In this document: piece after piece, positions 1 to 9,597 of the stretch
Layout: every line of letters begins with the position of its first letter
How positions within the stretch are numbered: position 1 is the first letter of the stretch
Assembly (NCBI GenBank): GCA_946527725.1
Contig: CAMMYM010000001.1
Location: forward strand, 1-58,744
Length of the DNA stretch: 58,744 nt
Source: an uncultured Clostridia bacterium
GTDB taxonomy: Bacteria > Bacillota > Clostridia > Christensenellales > Aristaeellaceae
Reading direction: 5' to 3'
The notes under the pieces: generated by a model
The model's database searches: none
Seen by the model: only the letters and a program-made list of their open reading frames with translations
Told to the model about the DNA's origin: nothing
Position numbers and translations under genes: made by a program

Positions 1-1008
1 GGCAATAATCCGGATATCCGGCCCTTCTTCCTTCAGCACCCGGAAAAGATCCTTTCCGGGACCGATGACCCATTTGCCTTTCCGTGCGTCCGGCATACCG
101 TGCCGGACGGAGTAATAATTCGCAAAACCGACAAAATGATCAATCCGGACCATATCGAACATTTCTGCCATGTGTTTCATACGGCTGACCCACCAGGAGT
201 ATCCGCTGCGGCGGAGCTTGCGCCAGCGGTAAAGCGGGTTTCCCCAGAGCTGCCCCGTTTCGGAAAAATAATCCGGCGGAACGCCTGCAACCCGTTTCGG
301 AATCCTGTTCCGGTCAAGCTGGAAAAATTCCGGATGGGTCCATGTATCGGCGGAATCCTCGGCAACATAGATCGGCATGTCCCCGAAAAGCAGGATGCCG
401 CGTTTGCCGCAGTATTCCTTCAGGGCAAACCATTGCCTGCGGAAGAGGAACTGGCAGAAAACATGGTAAGAGATGTCATCCTTCAGCAGTTCCGAATACT
501 TCAGCATGGCGCTGCTTTTGCGGCGGACGATGTCCCGGTCCGGCCAGGCGGAGAACATCCTGCCGCCGAAGTATTCCTTCAGGGCGGTGAACATGGCAAA
601 ATCCTGGACCCAGGGGTGTTCCGCACGAAACACGTCAAGCTGATGCACCATTTTTCCGGCAGATTCCCGGTAGCAGCGGCGGAGAAGCATTTCCTTGTTT
701 TTCCTGACCGCCTCATAATCAACCTTTTCAGGATTATCGGGAACGTATTCTTCACTGTCCTCATAGGTCAGCAGGTTTTCATCCCGCAGGGAACGGCAGG
801 AAATCAGGAGCGGATTGCCCGCATAAATGGAACTGGACTGGTACGGGCTTTCCCCGTAACCGGTAGGACCGACCGGAAGCACCTGCCAGATGCGGAATCC
901 GGAGGCCTGCAAAAAATCAGCAAACGCAAAAGCTTCCTGGCCAAGGCTGCCGATGCCGCCCGGGGAAGGAAGTGAAGTGATATGCATGAGGATACCGCTT
1001 GAACGCAT
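1..1008 (-). CDS. malQ: 4-alpha-glucanotransferase (amylomaltase, GH77), 5' part; runs off the window edge
   Basis: Not in the ORF track because there is no stop in the window. Manual translation from ATG 1008 gives MRSSGILMHITSLPSPGGIGSLG...WQVLPVGPTGYGESPYQS; catalytic RIDHFVGF near 120-150; AGGAG RBS upstream. Confidence 0.95.
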   Translation of the reverse strand, partial: MRSSGILMHITSLPSPGGIGSLGQEAFAFADFLQASGFRIWQVLPVGPTGYGESPYQSSSIYAGNPLLISCRSLRDENLLTYEDSEEYVPDNPEKVDYEAVRKNKEMLLRRCYRESAGKMVHQLDVFRAEHPWVQDFAMFTALKEYFGGRMFSAWPDRDIVRRKSSAMLKYSELLKDDISYHVFCQFLFRRQWFALKEYCGKRGILLFGDMPIYVAEDSADTWTHPEFFQLDRNRIPKRVAGVPPDYFSETGQLWGNPLYRWRKLRRSGYSWWVSRMKHMAEMFDMVRIDHFVGFANYYSVRHGMPDARKGKWVIGPGKDLFRVLKEEGPDIRIIA

Positions 1009-1034
1009 AGGGGTAACTCCTTTCAGGCCGGTTG

Positions 1035-2051
1035 TTATGATCTGCGGGGTGCCGCAACGGAATCGCGGCTGCGGTAAAGCGCTTTCACAAGGACATGGCG
1101 CGGGGCTGCGCCTTTTTCCATCATATCAAGCAGCAGGTTTACGCTGCGGAAGGCAATTTCATCCACAGGCTGCTCAACTGTCGTCAGGCGCGGAATCGTA
1201 TAGCGGCTGAGGTCGATGCCGTCAAAACCGACGACGCTGACATCCTCCGGCACAGATTTCCCGAGATCCTTCAGTGCGCGGATTGCACCGATAGCCACCG
1301 CGTCGCTCATGGCAAACAGTGCTGTTGTATCCGGATGATCCCTGAAATACTCGAGAGCGGAAGTATGGCCGGCTTCAAGGGAGAACCTGCATTCGCGGTA
1401 GTCGTCCGGATTGAAGGAAAGCCCGCGGTCAGCCAGTGCGTCGCAGAAGCCCTGGAAACGCATCGCCAGGGAATCCCCTGCAATCGGATTGGACCCGAAG
1501 ACGGCGATTCTCCTGTGGCCTGCATTGAGCAGTTCCTCCGCCACAAGGCGCCCCATGCTCCTGTCGTCCACGGCGACAGAAGAAGCATTCGGCATTGCCG
1601 CAGCCTTGGCGTTAACCGTTGTAAAGACAACAGGGATTTCAAGGCTGTGGATCACGCTGACCCGTTCATCAATCAGGCTGCCGACAAAAATCATCCCTTT
1701 GACCTTGTTCTGATGGGTCAACCGCAGCGCTGTTTCGAACTCATCTGCCTTTTCGTCGATATATTCCGTGATGAAATTGTCCGGCAGGGAAGCGGCATGG
1801 CTGAGAATGGATTCCGCCAGTGAATTCAGGAAGGGGTTTGAACGGCCGCGGATGATCAGGCCGATGACTTCGCTGGTCTGCTTGAGGCCGCGGGCGTTTT
1901 TGTTGCCGACGAAATTGTTTTCCTCAATAATCCGCTCAACCTTTTCCCGGGTGGCCGGATTGACGTCCGGACGCCGGTTGAGGACGCGGCTGACAGTTGT
2001 TACCGAAACATTGGCCATACGGGCAATATCCTTGATGGTATAAACCTTCAT
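1035..2051 (-). CDS. LacI-family transcriptional regulator (probably maltose/maltodextrin)
   Basis: N-terminal TIKDIARMANVSVTTVSRVLN HTH, sugar-binding domain with VVGFDG; start moved to ATG 2051 after an AGGAGG RBS; directly upstream of malQ. Confidence 0.93.
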   Translation of the reverse strand: MKVYTIKDIARMANVSVTTVSRVLNRRPDVNPATREKVERIIEENNFVGNKNARGLKQTSEVIGLIIRGRSNPFLNSLAESILSHAASLPDNFITEYIDEKADEFETALRLTHQNKVKGMIFVGSLIDERVSVIHSLEIPVVFTTVNAKAAAMPNASSVAVDDRSMGRLVAEELLNAGHRRIAVFGSNPIAGDSLAMRFQGFCDALADRGLSFNPDDYRECRFSLEAGHTSALEYFRDHPDTTALFAMSDAVAIGAIRALKDLGKSVPEDVSVVGFDGIDLSRYTIPRLTTVEQPVDEIAFRSVNLLLDMMEKGAAPRHVLVKALYRSRDSVAAPRRS

Positions 2052-2073
2052 GCCACAACCTCCTTTTCGCTTG

Positions 2074-2107
2074 TTTCCGGAAACGATATCGGTAACGTTT
2101 CCGGAAA
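2074..2107. promoter_or_regulatory. Tandem LacI-type operators
   Basis: TTTCCGGAAACGATATCGGTAACGTTTCCGGAAA: 12-bp inverted arms containing two CG-centred sites (GGAAACGATATC, GGTAACGTTTCC), between the promoter and RBS of the LacI gene. Confidence 0.75.
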
Positions 2108-2109
2108 GA

Positions 2110-2138
2110 AGAATAACACAATTACAGGCGTTCGTCAA
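2110..2138 (-). promoter_or_regulatory. sigma-A promoter of lacI-malQ
   Basis: TTGACG-N17-TATTCT with an extended -10 TG on the minus strand. Confidence 0.7.
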
Positions 2139-2210
2139 TGAAGGATTCCGATATAATTTCCGGCTTGCCGGGAAGGGAAGGAAGAACGGGAAAAGAAGGC
2201 CGGCAGGCAG

Positions 2211-2239
2211 TTGATTTTTCAAAGCTGTTCTTCTATAAT
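2211..2239 (+). promoter_or_regulatory. sigma-A promoter of the LRR gene
   Basis: TTGATT-N17-TATAAT. Confidence 0.65.
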
Positions 2240-2275
2240 AAAGTAATTAAAGGATCGGAGGAGGTGCACAGGCGG

Positions 2276-3136
2276 ATGAAAAGGTTTTTTGCGGCGCTTG
2301 CCGCATTCATGCTGCTGTTGTGTGTGCTTTCTTCCGCAGCCGAAGAAGGAGACTATGACGGGCAGGACGATGCCGAAGACCTGGATTCACCGGGCGCTGC
2401 CGTTCCCGAAGGAGCTTTTCCATACAGTTCGTACGGCGGGGGGGAAGACGAAGGGGAACCGGAGCCGGACGAATATTACGACGATGAAGCTGAGCTGGAT
2501 GACTATTACGACAGCGAACCGGTGCTGGACATGACCGAGCAGGAAACCGAATCCGCAAAGGAAAAGCTGAACCAGTACGCGGGTTACCACGATGACGGCT
2601 GGAAAAGCGATGAGGCCCTTCACATGACCTATGTCGGGCTTCCGGACGGGGTCAGCTGCAAAACGCTGCTGTACAGCGGATATGACGCGGACCTGGTCAT
2701 TCCGGAAAAGATCGGCGGGCTGACCGTCAGGGTCATCGGCAATTCGACATTCAGCGGCAGGGAGAACCTGAAGTCGGTTGTACTTCCCAATACCGTCGAA
2801 CTGATTGAGGAACGGGCTTTCTTCGGATGTGTGAACCTGCGGAGCATCACGATGCAGGAAGGGGTCCTGATGCTTGAGCGCGCGAGTTTCGGCGCATGCA
2901 CAGCCCTGGAGGAGATCCTGATTCCGCAAAGTGTGGAATATGTCGGTGAATTCGCTTTCCTGAAGTGCCCGCTCCTTTCTGAACTCACCTTCGGCGAAAA
3001 CCTGCGCGAGATCGGCCCCAATGCGTTCTATTTATGCGAATCCCTGAAAAAGGTTACCATCCCGCGGGAAACCGAGCTGGATGAAGCTTCCTGGGAAGGT
3101 GTTCCTGAAGATATGGAGATTGCATATCTTGACTGA
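2276..3136 (+). CDS. Secreted BspA-type leucine-rich repeat protein with an acidic N-terminal linker
   Basis: Signal peptide MKRFFAALAAF...; TpLRR repeats (LKSVVLPNTVELIEERAFFGC, LEEILIPQSVEYVGEFAFLKC); GGAGGAGG RBS. Confidence 0.88.
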   Translation: MKRFFAALAAFMLLLCVLSSAAEEGDYDGQDDAEDLDSPGAAVPEGAFPYSSYGGGEDEGEPEPDEYYDDEAELDDYYDSEPVLDMTEQETESAKEKLNQYAGYHDDGWKSDEALHMTYVGLPDGVSCKTLLYSGYDADLVIPEKIGGLTVRVIGNSTFSGRENLKSVVLPNTVELIEERAFFGCVNLRSITMQEGVLMLERASFGACTALEEILIPQSVEYVGEFAFLKCPLLSELTFGENLREIGPNAFYLCESLKKVTIPRETELDEASWEGVPEDMEIAYLD

Positions 3137-3153
3137 ACGAAGAAACCGTAAAA

Positions 3154-3195
3154 CAAAGCAAAGAACCGTTTCAGAGGAAACGGTTCTTTGCTTTG
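3154..3195. terminator. Bidirectional intrinsic terminator
   Basis: CAAAGCAAAGAACCGTTTC-AGAG-GAAACGGTTCTTTGCTTTG, a perfect inverted repeat between convergent genes. Confidence 0.88.
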
Positions 3196-3204
3196 CAACC
3201 GGTT

Positions 3205-3906
3205 TTACTGGATAATCATGCGGCCGCAGGTTTCACATTCGACCAGGCTCCCGTTCTTGATCCGGGAAAGCACCGCCGAGGGAAGCGATGTGTTGCAGCC
3301 GGAGCATTGCCCGTGGGTGAGGCGGGCAACAGGGGGCGAAATGTGCTTCTTGATCGTGTTATACTCCTCAAGCAGGGCAGGATCCACTGTATTCACAAGG
3401 GCCTTGGCCCGGGCACGCTGCTCATCCAGTTCCGCTTTTTTGCTCTGGGATTCTGTTTCATATTCCGCCTTGAGCTGGTCGAAGGCCTTCTTGGCGTTTG
3501 CAGCTTCGACACGCACAACATACTGCAGTTTTTCGTGCGCTGTGGATTCCTTTACGATACGGGCGATTTCCGCTTCATACTGGCGGATCGTGTCCCGGCA
3601 GTGGCTGACCTCCGTCATCAGGGCTTTCACGTCTTCAGGCGACTGCGGCGGATTCGATTCGAAACGTTCCTTCAGGGAACGCAGCTGGTTTTCAGAATGG
3701 GCAACAGCCTGCTCAATAATATCTTTGCGGTCCGCCATGGCGGTGATCTCAACTTCAATCTGCTTGTACTGCTTCTGGCGGTCGAGAATCAGATCGCGTG
3801 TTTTTTCGAGCTTCTGGCGGATGGGAGAACGCCGGATCGTGTTTGCAATGGCGTCTGCCTTGATATCCTCCGCCTGGTAAGCCCACAATGCTTCAAAATT
3901 ATCCAT
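3205..3906 (-). CDS. Coiled-coil protein with C-terminal C4 zinc ribbon (DUF164/CT398-like)
   Basis: Long coiled coil, then CSGC...CETCGRMI; usual position downstream of nif3. Confidence 0.85.
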   Translation of the reverse strand: MDNFEALWAYQAEDIKADAIANTIRRSPIRQKLEKTRDLILDRQKQYKQIEVEITAMADRKDIIEQAVAHSENQLRSLKERFESNPPQSPEDVKALMTEVSHCRDTIRQYEAEIARIVKESTAHEKLQYVVRVEAANAKKAFDQLKAEYETESQSKKAELDEQRARAKALVNTVDPALLEEYNTIKKHISPPVARLTHGQCSGCNTSLPSAVLSRIKNGSLVECETCGRMIIQ

Positions 3907-3942
3907 GCGGGTACCTCCTTCTGACAGGGAAAAGCCCGCCTG

Positions 3943-4713
3943 TCACGGGCGCCGGGGAAATGAATATGCACAAACTGCGGATACAAAAATCCGCACATTA
4001 CATTCTACATGATTCAGGGAATTTTGTAAAGCTTCAGCCAGCGCAGCAAGCCCCGGCTCCTCCGTGGCGAAATGGCCGCATTCAAAGGCGGCGATACCGG
4101 CGTCCGCCATGGCAAGGGCATGGTGATGCCTGATTTCACCGCTGACAAAGGCGTCGCATCCTGCATCGGCGGCGCGCTGCCATTCATCGCTCCCGCCGCC
4201 GGAGCATAGGCCGATCCTCCGGATTATCCGGTCCTCAGGTGCCAGGATGCGGACAGTGGTTTCCAGGTTTTCCCCGAGCTGGTCAGCAAAACCGCGGACA
4301 GTCATCGGTTCCGGCAGGAAACCGGAACGGAAAAACCCGTCGCCGGATACTTCCACCAGCCCGCACAGGGCAGCGAGCGTATCGTTGATCCCGCCGGCAG
4401 CCTGGTCCAGGTTGGTATGGGCGGCGATGAGGCTGATGTTTTCCCGGACAAGGCGGCGGATCAGGCGGCCTTCATAGGTTCCGTCCGTCAGGGTATGGAT
4501 CGCATCAAACATGAGGGGATGATGGGTAACGATCAGCTGTGCGCCGAGGGCGGCAGCTTCGTCAATGACAGGTTCCGTCACATCGAGCGCAAAGAGGATG
4601 ACGGTTACCTCCTGGGAAGGTGAGCCGACCAGCAGGCCGGAATTATCCCATTCCATCTGCGTATCAAACGGCGCGACGGTGTTGATGAGGTCAAAGATTG
4701 TCTGGACAGTCAC
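3943..4713 (-). CDS. Nif3-like dinuclear metal-centre protein (YbgI/YqfO family)
   Basis: WDNSGLLVG, THHPLMF, HTNLD, GHFATE motifs. Confidence 0.93.
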   Translation of the reverse strand: MTVQTIFDLINTVAPFDTQMEWDNSGLLVGSPSQEVTVILFALDVTEPVIDEAAALGAQLIVTHHPLMFDAIHTLTDGTYEGRLIRRLVRENISLIAAHTNLDQAAGGINDTLAALCGLVEVSGDGFFRSGFLPEPMTVRGFADQLGENLETTVRILAPEDRIIRRIGLCSGGGSDEWQRAADAGCDAFVSGEIRHHHALAMADAGIAAFECGHFATEEPGLAALAEALQNSLNHVECNVRIFVSAVCAYSFPRRP

Positions 4714-4733
4714 AGGGCAGCCCTCCTTTATGG

Positions 4734-5426
4734 TCAGTTGTCATGGGCGGAAAGAAAAGAATCATAGAATTCAAGGTCGCCGCGGAGTATATCGAGCCTG
4801 GCCGTATCCGGTTCCGAAGCGGAAGACAGGCCGCGGATGCTTTCCAGGAGGACTTCGCGGCGCCGCCGCAGGAAGGGTACCAGCACAGGGGAAGCGGAGC
4901 TGAACAGCGGCCCGCCGAGGCGGATTTCCCGGTCCGTCAGGGATGCTTCGCCCGGCCTTGCCCGCAGTACCAGGTAATACCTGCCTGCAGCGAAGCACGG
5001 TTCCTCCCGGTCCAGGCGGTAGCCGATATCCCGGACGGCGGCGCGGATCAGGTGCCAGTCAGTATGCGCGGACAGCAGCAGGGAAGCGCCCTGCAGGCGG
5101 CTGCGGCCGGAAAGGAGAATATCGCGGATCGTGCGCCCGCCCATGCCCATGACGGAGATCATGCCGCAGGCCTCGGTAACCGGCGCAAGCCCGTCTCCCA
5201 GGCGCAGCGAGACGCGGCCGGTCAGCCGGAGACGGATCATTTCCATCCGCGCATTGTTCAGCGCACTTTCGGAAATGTCTGTCAGGATCATATGCTGACA
5301 TCGGCCGCGCTGCAGGAGCGCGGCCGGTAAATGAGCGTGGTCTGTCCCGATATCGGCAGCCAGCTCACAGGGATCGTAAAGATCGTATGCGAGTGACAGG
5401 CGGGGATCCAGCATTTTTTGCATCAT
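4734..5426 (-). CDS. trmK: tRNA (adenine22-N1)-methyltransferase
   Basis: ADIGTDHAHLP, RLGDGL, GMGG motifs; conserved rpoD-trmK-nif3 order. Confidence 0.9.
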   Translation of the reverse strand: MMQKMLDPRLSLAYDLYDPCELAADIGTDHAHLPAALLQRGRCQHMILTDISESALNNARMEMIRLRLTGRVSLRLGDGLAPVTEACGMISVMGMGGRTIRDILLSGRSRLQGASLLLSAHTDWHLIRAAVRDIGYRLDREEPCFAAGRYYLVLRARPGEASLTDREIRLGGPLFSSASPVLVPFLRRRREVLLESIRGLSSASEPDTARLDILRGDLEFYDSFLSAHDN

Positions 5427-5429
5427 GGT

Positions 5430-6620
5430 TCAATCCAGGTAATCGCGCAGCTTTTTGCTGCGGGAAGGATGGCGGAGCTTCCGGAGCGCTTTGGCTTCGA
5501 TCTGCCTGATGCGCTCACGCGTAACATTGAATTCCTTGCCGACTTCCTCCAGCGTCCGCTGGTGCCCGTCATCCAGGCCGAAACGGAGGCGGAGCACCTT
5601 TTCCTCCCTGGGGGTCAGGGTGTCAAGCACATCCATCAGCTGTTCCTTCATGAGGGTGAAGGAGGCTGCTTCAGCGGGGGCGGGAGCGTCATCGTCGGGA
5701 ATAAAATCGCCGAGGTGGGAATCTTCTTCCTCGCCGATGGGTGTTTCCAGTGAAACGGGTTCCTGTGCGATTTTGATGATTTCACGGACCTTCGCTTCAG
5801 AAATGCCCATTTCTGCGGCAATTTCCTCCGGTGTAGGTTCGCGGCCGTACTGCTGGAGCAGCTGGCGGGATACACGGATCAGCTTGTTGATGGTTTCCAC
5901 CATGTGGACAGGAATCCGGATGGTGCGCGCCTGGTCCGCGATGGCGCGCGTGATAGCCTGGCGGATCCACCAAGTGGCATAGGTTGAGAACTTGAAGCCC
6001 TTGCGGTAATCGAATTTCTCCACGGCTTTGATCAGGCCCAGGTTGCCTTCCTGGATCAGGTCCAGGAAAAGCATGCCGCGGCCCACATAGCGTTTGGCAA
6101 TGGAAACAACAAGGCGGAGATTGGCCTCGGCAAGCTTTTGCTTGGCTGATTCGTCGCCGGCTTCAAGCTGCTTGGCAATTTCAATTTCCTCTTCCGCGGT
6201 GAGCAGCGGCACTTTGCCGATCTCCTTCAGGTACATGCGTACCGGATCGTCAATGCTGATGCCTTCCGGAATGGAAAGGTCGATCGGTTCTGCATCGGCA
6301 CCCGCCGTGGCAGCGGCAACGTCTGCAGCCTGGTCGTCAGAAATATGTACGGTGTCTGACGCGTCATTCACCACAGTGACGCCATACGCATCCAGCGTCT
6401 CGAGCACATGGTCAAGCTGGTCGGAGTCCATTTCAAGCTCCATCAGCCGGTCCATGATTTCCTTATATGTCAGCGTTCCTTTTGTTTTTCCGTATTCATA
6501 CAGTTCGTCGAGACGCTTTTGCTTGTTTTCGGGTGAAAGGGTAGACAAGGGAATCCTCTCCTTTTCAATCGTGGCGTTCACGCCGGCAGAACCCGGAACC
6601 CGGGGAGTTATTGGCATCAC
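5430..6620 (-). CDS. rpoD: RNA polymerase primary sigma factor (SigA)
   Basis: [72 protein letters not shown]. Exact start uncertain. Confidence 0.98.
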   Translation of the reverse strand: MMPITPRVPGSAGVNATIEKERIPLSTLSPENKQKRLDELYEYGKTKGTLTYKEIMDRLMELEMDSDQLDHVLETLDAYGVTVVNDASDTVHISDDQAADVAAATAGADAEPIDLSIPEGISIDDPVRMYLKEIGKVPLLTAEEEIEIAKQLEAGDESAKQKLAEANLRLVVSIAKRYVGRGMLFLDLIQEGNLGLIKAVEKFDYRKGFKFSTYATWWIRQAITRAIADQARTIRIPVHMVETINKLIRVSRQLLQQYGREPTPEEIAAEMGISEAKVREIIKIAQEPVSLETPIGEEEDSHLGDFIPDDDAPAPAEAASFTLMKEQLMDVLDTLTPREEKVLRLRFGLDDGHQRTLEEVGKEFNVTRERIRQIEAKALRKLRHPSRSKKLRDYLD

Positions 6621-8410
6621 GTCATCCTGTCAAGTTTCCTGCGAATCTCCTGCGCTTCGCGCAGAAGGGCAGGGATGGACGGATCCTTCGGATCCAGCGA
6701 TTTCAGCTGTTGCTGCAGGGCTTCGTACTGTTTCTGGCAGGAGGCTCTGCGGATCCGGACAAGGCACTGGGCAGCCATGGAAATCATCTGGTCCGTACTG
6801 TCTGCCACAGGCGACATCAGGATCCTCGTATAACGGGAACGGGACTCTTCATCCGGCGCGCTGTCCAGCAATGATGCGGGAGATGCCCCGGAAAGCAGAG
6901 CCGTATATAATGATTTCAACTCCTCGTCCTCAAAATCCTTTTCTTCGACCATATCTTTCGGAATTTGTCCCGTGGCCAGAAGCCCGATCAATGTTTCCTG
7001 GGCAGCAACCTCCGGGGAAACCGATTCGGAAACCCGGCGGTTCGCGGCAGGTGCGGGTTTCCTGTACTGCGGCTGGACGGAGGGGGCCTCACCGGCTTTT
7101 TCCTTCTTTCCGCCGGCTGATTCGATCTGCTGTTTCAGGACTTCACGGGAAAAACCCGTCTCCAGCATCAGGGTTTTGATGTATGTTTCCTGGCCGACGG
7201 GATCCAGCGGCGCCAGGACAAAAGCTGCTTTCCGGACGTAATTCATGCGTCCCTCATCCCCGGACAGGTCGAAGGATTCCTTCAGGCGGCGCAAACGGTA
7301 TTCAGCGGCGGGGATGGCAGGAAGCGCGCTGAAGCCTTCCGCTCCGTCCCTGCGGATGAATTCGTCCGGATCAAGCCCGTCGGGGAAGTCGAGGACGCGG
7401 GCAGGGATCCCTTCCTCCTCCAGGATATCCAGGCCCCGGAGAATGGCGTGCTGCCCGGCGGAATCGCCGTCATACCCGAGGAATACCTCCGGGGCAAAAC
7501 GACGGAGCAGGCGTGCCTGCTCGTTTGTCAGCGCCGTGCCGAGGGTGGCGCAGACGCCGTTGACGCCAAACTGCGTAAGGCTTACGACATCCATATACCC
7601 TTCCACCAGGATCACATGGTCCAGATGGCGCTGCTGCCGGAGCAGGTTGGCGGCATAGACGCCTTTCCGCTTGTTGAAAACAGGCGTGTCGGAAGTGTTC
7701 ATATACTTCGGGAGTTCATTTCCAAGAGAACGGCCGCCGAAGGCGATGACATTCTTGTACATGTCGATGATCGGGAAGATCGCACGGTTCCTGAACATAT
7801 CGAAGTGGCGCGGCTTACCGCCCTTTTCCTTCGGCGGTTTGACAACGGTCAGGCCGACGGAGGAAAGCTCGTCGAGTGTAAAGCCGGCAGCCAGAAGCCG
7901 GTCCGTCAGGGCGGACCACTGGTCCGGTGCGGCGCCGAGTCCGAACTTCCTGATGACAGCGTCTGAAAGCCCGCGGCGATGCAGGTATGCAAGCGATGCT
8001 TCGCCGGCGGGGGTAAAGAGCGTTTCGTGGTAGAACCGGGCAGCTTCCCGGTTTGCCTGGAGCAGGCGCTCCCTGCGGGTGCGCCTGCGCTCCCAGTCGG
8101 CGTCGTTGACCATTTCCGGGAGGGGAATATGGGCGCGGTCTGCCAGGAACTCCACCGCTTCATTGAAGCTGCAGCGTTCGATATCCATGATAAAACTGAT
8201 GACATTCCCGCCGGCCTTGCATCCGAAGCAGTAGAACAGCTGCTGCTCCGCGTCCACGGAAAAGGAAGCGGTCTTTTCCCCATGGAACGGGCACAGGCCC
8301 CAGTATTTCCGGCCGGATTTTTTCAGCCCTACATAGCTGGAAACGACCTGCACGATATCCGAACGGGCGCGCAGGTCATCCAGCCATGAAGAGGGAAAAC
8401 GGGATGCCAT
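6617..8410 (-). CDS. dnaG: DNA primase
   Basis: [11 protein letters not shown] zinc finger, KYMNT, VEGYMDV, YDGDSAG Toprim motifs, DPDE. Confidence 0.97.
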   Translation of the reverse strand: MASRFPSSWLDDLRARSDIVQVVSSYVGLKKSGRKYWGLCPFHGEKTASFSVDAEQQLFYCFGCKAGGNVISFIMDIERCSFNEAVEFLADRAHIPLPEMVNDADWERRRTRRERLLQANREAARFYHETLFTPAGEASLAYLHRRGLSDAVIRKFGLGAAPDQWSALTDRLLAAGFTLDELSSVGLTVVKPPKEKGGKPRHFDMFRNRAIFPIIDMYKNVIAFGGRSLGNELPKYMNTSDTPVFNKRKGVYAANLLRQQRHLDHVILVEGYMDVVSLTQFGVNGVCATLGTALTNEQARLLRRFAPEVFLGYDGDSAGQHAILRGLDILEEEGIPARVLDFPDGLDPDEFIRRDGAEGFSALPAIPAAEYRLRRLKESFDLSGDEGRMNYVRKAAFVLAPLDPVGQETYIKTLMLETGFSREVLKQQIESAGGKKEKAGEAPSVQPQYRKPAPAANRRVSESVSPEVAAQETLIGLLATGQIPKDMVEEKDFEDEELKSLYTALLSGASPASLLDSAPDEESRSRYTRILMSPVADSTDQMISMAAQCLVRIRRASCQKQYEALQQQLKSLDPKDPSIPALLREAQEIRRKLDRMT

Positions 8411-8444
8411 CGATGATCCACCTCAGTATGCTTTCATCAGGGAG

Positions 8445-9449
8445 TCAGAACGCAGGAAAGGATGAAGGCGCGAACAGCGCGGTAAACCTGCGCGTTGCGT
8501 AACGGTCGGTCATGCAGGACAGGTAGTCGCATACGCTTCTCTCTGTTCCGTCCTGGTATCCGAGGACAACAAATTCTTCGGGCATCTCACAGGGATGCTC
8601 GCAGTAATACTCAAACAGGTGCCGGAGAACATAATCGCAGCGGGCTTCTTCCGGATCGCGCCATTCATTGCGGTACACATGTTCGAACATGAATTCCCGG
8701 AGCCCGTTCATAGCGTTCTCAATCGGTGCGCTCATGGAAAGATGCGGCTGGCCTTCGCTGCTGCGGACGATATCCACAATCATGTTGTTGATGCGCTCAC
8801 GGTGGGTGGCGCCGAGCACCTTCAGGCAGTCCGGCGGGATTTCGTCAGCCCGGAGGATACCGCTGCGGAGCGCGTCATCCAGGTCGTGGTTCAGGTAGGC
8901 AATCCTGTCAGCCCGGCGGACGCATTCGGCTTCAGGCGTCGCCGGCGGCACCGTGCCGGAATGGGTCAGGATGCCGTGGCGGACCTCCCGGGTCAGGTTC
9001 AGGCCCATCCCGCCGTTCTCAAGCTTTTCCACGACGCGCAGGCTTTGTTCATTATGGCGGAAACCTTCCGGGAGAAGGCTGTTCAGGGTGCGTTCCCCGA
9101 TATGGCCGTACGGTGTATGCCCAAGGTCATGGCCGAGGGCGATTGCTTCCGTCAGGTCCTCATTCAGGCGGAGGGCACGGGCCAGCGTACGGGCAACCTG
9201 CGAAACTTCCAGCGTATGCGTCAGGCGCGTACGGTAATGGTCCCCTTCGGGGGACAGGAAAACCTGCGTTTTGAACTTCAGGCGGCGGAAGGATTTGCAA
9301 TGGATAATCCTGTCCCTGTCGCGCTGGAAATCCGTCCGCAGGTCACAGGGGGTTTCATTTCTGTCCCGCCCGGCAGATTCGGCGGAATGGGTGGCATAAG
9401 GAGCAAGCAACAGGTATTCCTGCTGTTCAATACGCTCACGAATTGTCAT
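8445..9449 (-). CDS. dgt: Deoxyguanosinetriphosphate triphosphohydrolase-like HD protein
   Basis: FQRDRDRIIH, RRLKFKTQVF, RTRLTHTLEV, HDLGHTPYGH; start moved to ATG 9449 after GGAGGT. Confidence 0.92.
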   Translation of the reverse strand: MTIRERIEQQEYLLLAPYATHSAESAGRDRNETPCDLRTDFQRDRDRIIHCKSFRRLKFKTQVFLSPEGDHYRTRLTHTLEVSQVARTLARALRLNEDLTEAIALGHDLGHTPYGHIGERTLNSLLPEGFRHNEQSLRVVEKLENGGMGLNLTREVRHGILTHSGTVPPATPEAECVRRADRIAYLNHDLDDALRSGILRADEIPPDCLKVLGATHRERINNMIVDIVRSSEGQPHLSMSAPIENAMNGLREFMFEHVYRNEWRDPEEARCDYVLRHLFEYYCEHPCEMPEEFVVLGYQDGTERSVCDYLSCMTDRYATRRFTALFAPSSFPAF

Positions 9450-9597
9450 GCCGCACCTCCAATCCGGCAGCCTGCCGAAACCACACACTCTAATATACAA
9501 CACAAACGACGGAATTCCTGCTTTGCAGATTCTTGACAAGAAAGGTGTTTCCGATAAAATAGGTAGGAACATACAGAGGGAAAACGGGTGTATACAG

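Noticed and set aside
100-975. 291-aa plus-strand ORF
   Set aside because: Antisense shadow of malQ, which has clear GH77 motifs on the minus strand.
8445-9449. dGTPase as an anti-phage defence gene
   Set aside because: Short housekeeping type in its usual position upstream of dnaG-rpoD.
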